Shown here piece by piece: positions 60,966-64,000 of a DNA stretch of 64,000 nucleotides (position 1 is the first letter of the stretch; every line of letters starts with the position of its first letter). A program made the translations under genes and the position numbers. The notes beneath the pieces were generated by a model, which had not been told where the DNA came from, searched no databases, and saw nothing but the letters and a program-made list of their open reading frames with translations. The DNA is from a virus (Duplodnaviria > Caudoviricetes): the IMG/VR virus record IMGVR_UViG_2645727757_000001, positions 32,001 to 96,000 of that record. The stretch is one strand, 5' to 3'.

Positions 60966-61412
60966 TTAATTCTTTAATATTATAACTGAATATGGGGATA
61001 TATATAGCTTACCTATAAGCAAATCTGCATATTCAACCTTCTTTAATTGAAGGAAAATCTTATCTTTTCCATTGCTAGTATAGACAATGTAATTTTCATT
61101 ATCAATCATTTCATTTGAAACTCTATGAGCTTCTTTTGGATCAATATATAACATATCCATATTAGCATTTATAGAATCAAATTCTATAAGAGGACCATAA
61201 TCCCCTATAACTATCCTGTCTATCTTACTAATAAGAGGGATGTTATCAGAATTATTAACTTTATAGTTTTTAAGATTATCTAAATCTATATCATTTATAA
61301 TATCTTTAAAAAACCATTCCCTTACATTAGCAGATAAATCATCTGGTAGCTTTTTATATTTATAAGATACAATTAATCTTTCAATCATTCCTAAAGCTTT
61401 ATCTCTTCTCAC
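60966..61412 (-). CDS. Hypothetical protein
   Basis: 148 aa, GGAGG RBS, RIVIGDYGPLIEF motif. Confidence 0.6.
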   Translation of the reverse strand: MRRDKALGMIERLIVSYKYKKLPDDLSANVREWFFKDIINDIDLDNLKNYKVNNSDNIPLISKIDRIVIGDYGPLIEFDSINANMDMLYIDPKEAHRVSNEMIDNENYIVYTSNGKDKIFLQLKKVEYADLLIGKLYISPYSVIILKN

Positions 61413-61483
61413 ACAATCCCTCCTATTATAAATAAAAGTTATTTGAAATAAACTTATATCAAATAACTTTTAATCTAATATTT

Positions 61484-62344
61484 TTACCAAGAAGCGTAGT
61501 AATAAACAATATCTTTATCAAAATCTACTTCATTTAATACTTTTATACAAGTTTCTATTGTAGATTCCCAATCTTCTATTAATGATTCTCCCCAGAAGAA
61601 TCCTGTAGCTTTTGGAATGTTTAATACTACATTATTTTCTTTATTATATTTTTCTTCAAGTTCGTTTAGCCTATCATTATATTCATTTTCAGAAGATCCA
61701 ATAAATTCTTTAGTAACAAATGGTCCAATATCTTTTTCGATAATTTTATTATCTTTTTTAAACTCATTTGTAAGTTCTTCTTCAAACTTTGCATAATTAA
61801 GATGATGAGGCATATCTTTTTTGACTTTCTCTAATAATGTTTCAAAGAACTGTTTATCTAAGATAACAGTATCACATGATTCAAGTCCTTTTGGAAATAA
61901 AACATTACTTTCCATATATCCATGTAAATCTGAATGTTTTCTCCAATATTTAACTTCTTCAAAATTGATATTATCATAATTACCATTCTCTATATTATCA
62001 TATATTAATTTTAATGCTTTATATTCTTTTTCAGCATCTTTTTTTAGTTTATTACGTTTATCAACATCTTCACAATCATTTAATCCATAATTCTCATTTA
62101 AGAAAGCTTCAAAACTTTTTAATGAGTTAGCTAATTTTTCACCATTTTCATAATCCCAAGCAAATAAAAAATCATCTTCTCTTTTTTTAATTTCTTCTGG
62201 TTTGTCTTTGAAATTGTGATAAATTTTAAGCTTATTCAAGTAATATGCAACACTAAAAACTCCACCTACATCTTCTAAAATAGATAATAATTTTTCATCA
62301 GTTTTTACATTTTTTATCTTTCTTAAGTACATATCTAATCCCAT
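61484..62344 (-). CDS. Conserved phage hypothetical protein (MGLDMY...YWRKH...YYASW family)
   Basis: Characteristic terminal and central motifs. Confidence 0.7.
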   Translation of the reverse strand: MGLDMYLRKIKNVKTDEKLLSILEDVGGVFSVAYYLNKLKIYHNFKDKPEEIKKREDDFLFAWDYENGEKLANSLKSFEAFLNENYGLNDCEDVDKRNKLKKDAEKEYKALKLIYDNIENGNYDNINFEEVKYWRKHSDLHGYMESNVLFPKGLESCDTVILDKQFFETLLEKVKKDMPHHLNYAKFEEELTNEFKKDNKIIEKDIGPFVTKEFIGSSENEYNDRLNELEEKYNKENNVVLNIPKATGFFWGESLIEDWESTIETCIKVLNEVDFDKDIVYYYASW

Positions 62345-62444
62345 AACCGTTCACCACTTTCTATAACCTTACTGTTCCCATAAAATGAAAAAACAGTATA
62401 ATTATATAATATCATAATCATACTGTTCATTGTTATTCATTTTC

Positions 62445-62696
62445 TTAATACTTGTGTAAATTTTTATTTTTTATATCAGATAAATATATTCCTTCATCCA
62501 TTTCTTTGTTATATAATTCTTCTCCATCTATAAATATAGAATCATATTGAGATACCTCCCAACTGTCTACATAGCTAAGATTAACACCTTCTACATCTGG
62601 AAGTCCACTACATACATTTGAAATAGCATTTTCTAAATTATCTGCTTCAATTTCTGTATAACTTATAATCTGCATTGGTATTCTATACTTAGGCAT
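62445..62696 (-). CDS. Hypothetical protein
   Basis: 83 aa, GAGGA RBS. Confidence 0.55.
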   Translation of the reverse strand: MPKYRIPMQIISYTEIEADNLENAISNVCSGLPDVEGVNLSYVDSWEVSQYDSIFIDGEELYNKEMDEGIYLSDIKNKNLHKY

Positions 62697-62727
62697 AAAT
62701 TATCTTCCTCTCTACCTGTCATTTGAA

Positions 62728-63090
62728 TTATAAAAATTCTTTAGATGGTTTCCAGTCATCAACATCATCACCATTAATGTTAAAGTATGCTTTATCATCT
62801 ACAATTTTAACATTACCATTATTTATAAGTTCATCTAAATAAGTTTCTGGTGATTGCCAATCAACAACATCAAATAATTCTTTAGCTAATCTCTTATTGC
62901 CTAATGCAATATTAAAAAAATCATGGTAGTTATATTTATAATCTGATAGTTCTGGGATGTAGCATACTTCTTTTGACTTTTTATTAAATTCATTATAGTC
63001 TTTATACACTTTTCCCTGTGCACTATACCCTCTTGTATATAAATATTCTCCATCATTTTGTAATTCTTTTGATCCTATAACATTATTCAT
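62728..63090 (-). CDS. Conserved phage hypothetical protein
   Basis: VYKD...VCYIPE...LFDVVDWQSPET. Confidence 0.65.
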   Translation of the reverse strand: MNNVIGSKELQNDGEYLYTRGYSAQGKVYKDYNEFNKKSKEVCYIPELSDYKYNYHDFFNIALGNKRLAKELFDVVDWQSPETYLDELINNGNVKIVDDKAYFNINGDDVDDWKPSKEFL

Positions 63091-63790
63091 TGTTATTACC
63101 TATTGAACTTTCAGTATTAATTTTGCTTAAGTCAATAAAACTTGAATAATCAATATATTTTTTATCTATTTTCTTAAAGATATTATCCATATCTTTTTCT
63201 GATAAAGTTTCAAAACTATCAATATATTTAACCATTTCCATATAGTCATTGTATATCTCTTCGTATTCTTCATCAGAATCGGAAATTACACTATTTTTAA
63301 AGTTTTCCTTAATGTCATTATCAAAGTAATGATTTAAATATTCTAAAGCACTAACTTTAATAAATCCATAATGCTCTTTTTCATCAATATAATCTGATTT
63401 AAATAATGCAAATTTAGGTCTTTTATATCTATAATCTATTACGAATACTCCATCATTATTATCGAACTCAAAAGGACTATCATATTCTCCTTCTAGTTTT
63501 TTATCTGTGTAGTCAAAATCTTTTTCTAAATCACCTGCATATACAAAACTATTATTGTATATGTTAAGAGATACAAGTGAACGTATTAATGTTTTTACTT
63601 CTACTATACGTTTATACGTTCCTTTTAAATTACTATATACCCTTGCACAATTTTCCTCACCAAATTTTAACATTTGATAAAGCCTAGATATTGAATAATG
63701 TCCCCAACTCCATTGAAGATGATAGCCATGAGTATATGAATTACCTTCATTATCACTTGTTATTGCAAATATCTGAAATCTTTGTCCCAT
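63083..63790 (-). CDS. Conserved phage hypothetical protein
   Basis: MGQRFQI, HLQWSWG, DNNDGVFVID. Confidence 0.65.
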   Translation of the reverse strand: MGQRFQIFAITSDNEGNSYTHGYHLQWSWGHYSISRLYQMLKFGEENCARVYSNLKGTYKRIVEVKTLIRSLVSLNIYNNSFVYAGDLEKDFDYTDKKLEGEYDSPFEFDNNDGVFVIDYRYKRPKFALFKSDYIDEKEHYGFIKVSALEYLNHYFDNDIKENFKNSVISDSDEEYEEIYNDYMEMVKYIDSFETLSEKDMDNIFKKIDKKYIDYSSFIDLSKINTESSIGNNNE

Positions 63791-63823
63791 TTTTTTTCAC
63801 CACTTTCTTGTCTTTTTAATTGA

Positions 63824-64000
63824 TTACATTATTATTCCTAGTTTTTTAAGACTAGTGTTCCTTACATTATTTCCATCTTCATATACTATTACATGATCTA
63901 GTAGCTTAATACCAAGAAGTTCACTACATTCAGCTATTTTTTTTGTAACTTCTATATCATTAATAGATGCCTCAGAATCGTTTCCTGGATGATTATGAGC
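63824..64000 (-). CDS. radC: RadC/JAB-domain protein, 3' end (not in the ORF track)
   Basis: Manual translation AHNHPGNDSEASINDIEVTKKIAECSELLGIKLLDHVIV...*: HNHP-S-D JAB motif and LLDHVI. Confidence 0.85.
   Translation of the reverse strand, partial: AHNHPGNDSEASINDIEVTKKIAECSELLGIKLLDHVIVYEDGNNVRNTSLKKLGIIM

Overview
AT-rich, densely coding segment of a large phage (or phage-plasmid) most likely infecting a clostridial/Bacillota host. This is inferred from sigma-A promoters, AGGAG/GAGGTG ribosome-binding sites and Firmicutes-type HU, SSB, DnaE and GroEL. Two arms converge at about 24.7 kb. The + arm (1-24.7 kb) carries the end of a virion module, then an AEP primase, a receptor-binding protein, DnaB helicase, a PD-(D/E)XK protein, RuvC and a sigma factor. 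The - arm (24.7-64 kb) carries a degenerate tyrosine recombinase, many small unknown genes, Tmk, dUTPase, HU, ArdC, DnaG, a rearranged SbcCD, UvrD, GroEL, RecA, SSB, DnaE and a RadC fragment. recA and dnaE are each interrupted by a group I intron with a homing endonuclease (LAGLIDADG and HNH), and both pairs of splice sites can be read from the sequence. The most unusual locus is 25.7-26.7 kb. There, two type I-B-like CRISPR repeats only 6 nt apart form the leader of a small gene resembling Cas11 (the Cas8b C-terminus), and the first repeat can pair over that gene's ribosome-binding site. A neighbouring promoter-to-terminator unit of about 120 nt has a crRNA-like layout. Together these suggest a combined RNA and protein anti-CRISPR module, possibly switched on by host Cas6. 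All family assignments come from motif recognition by eye; no searches were run.
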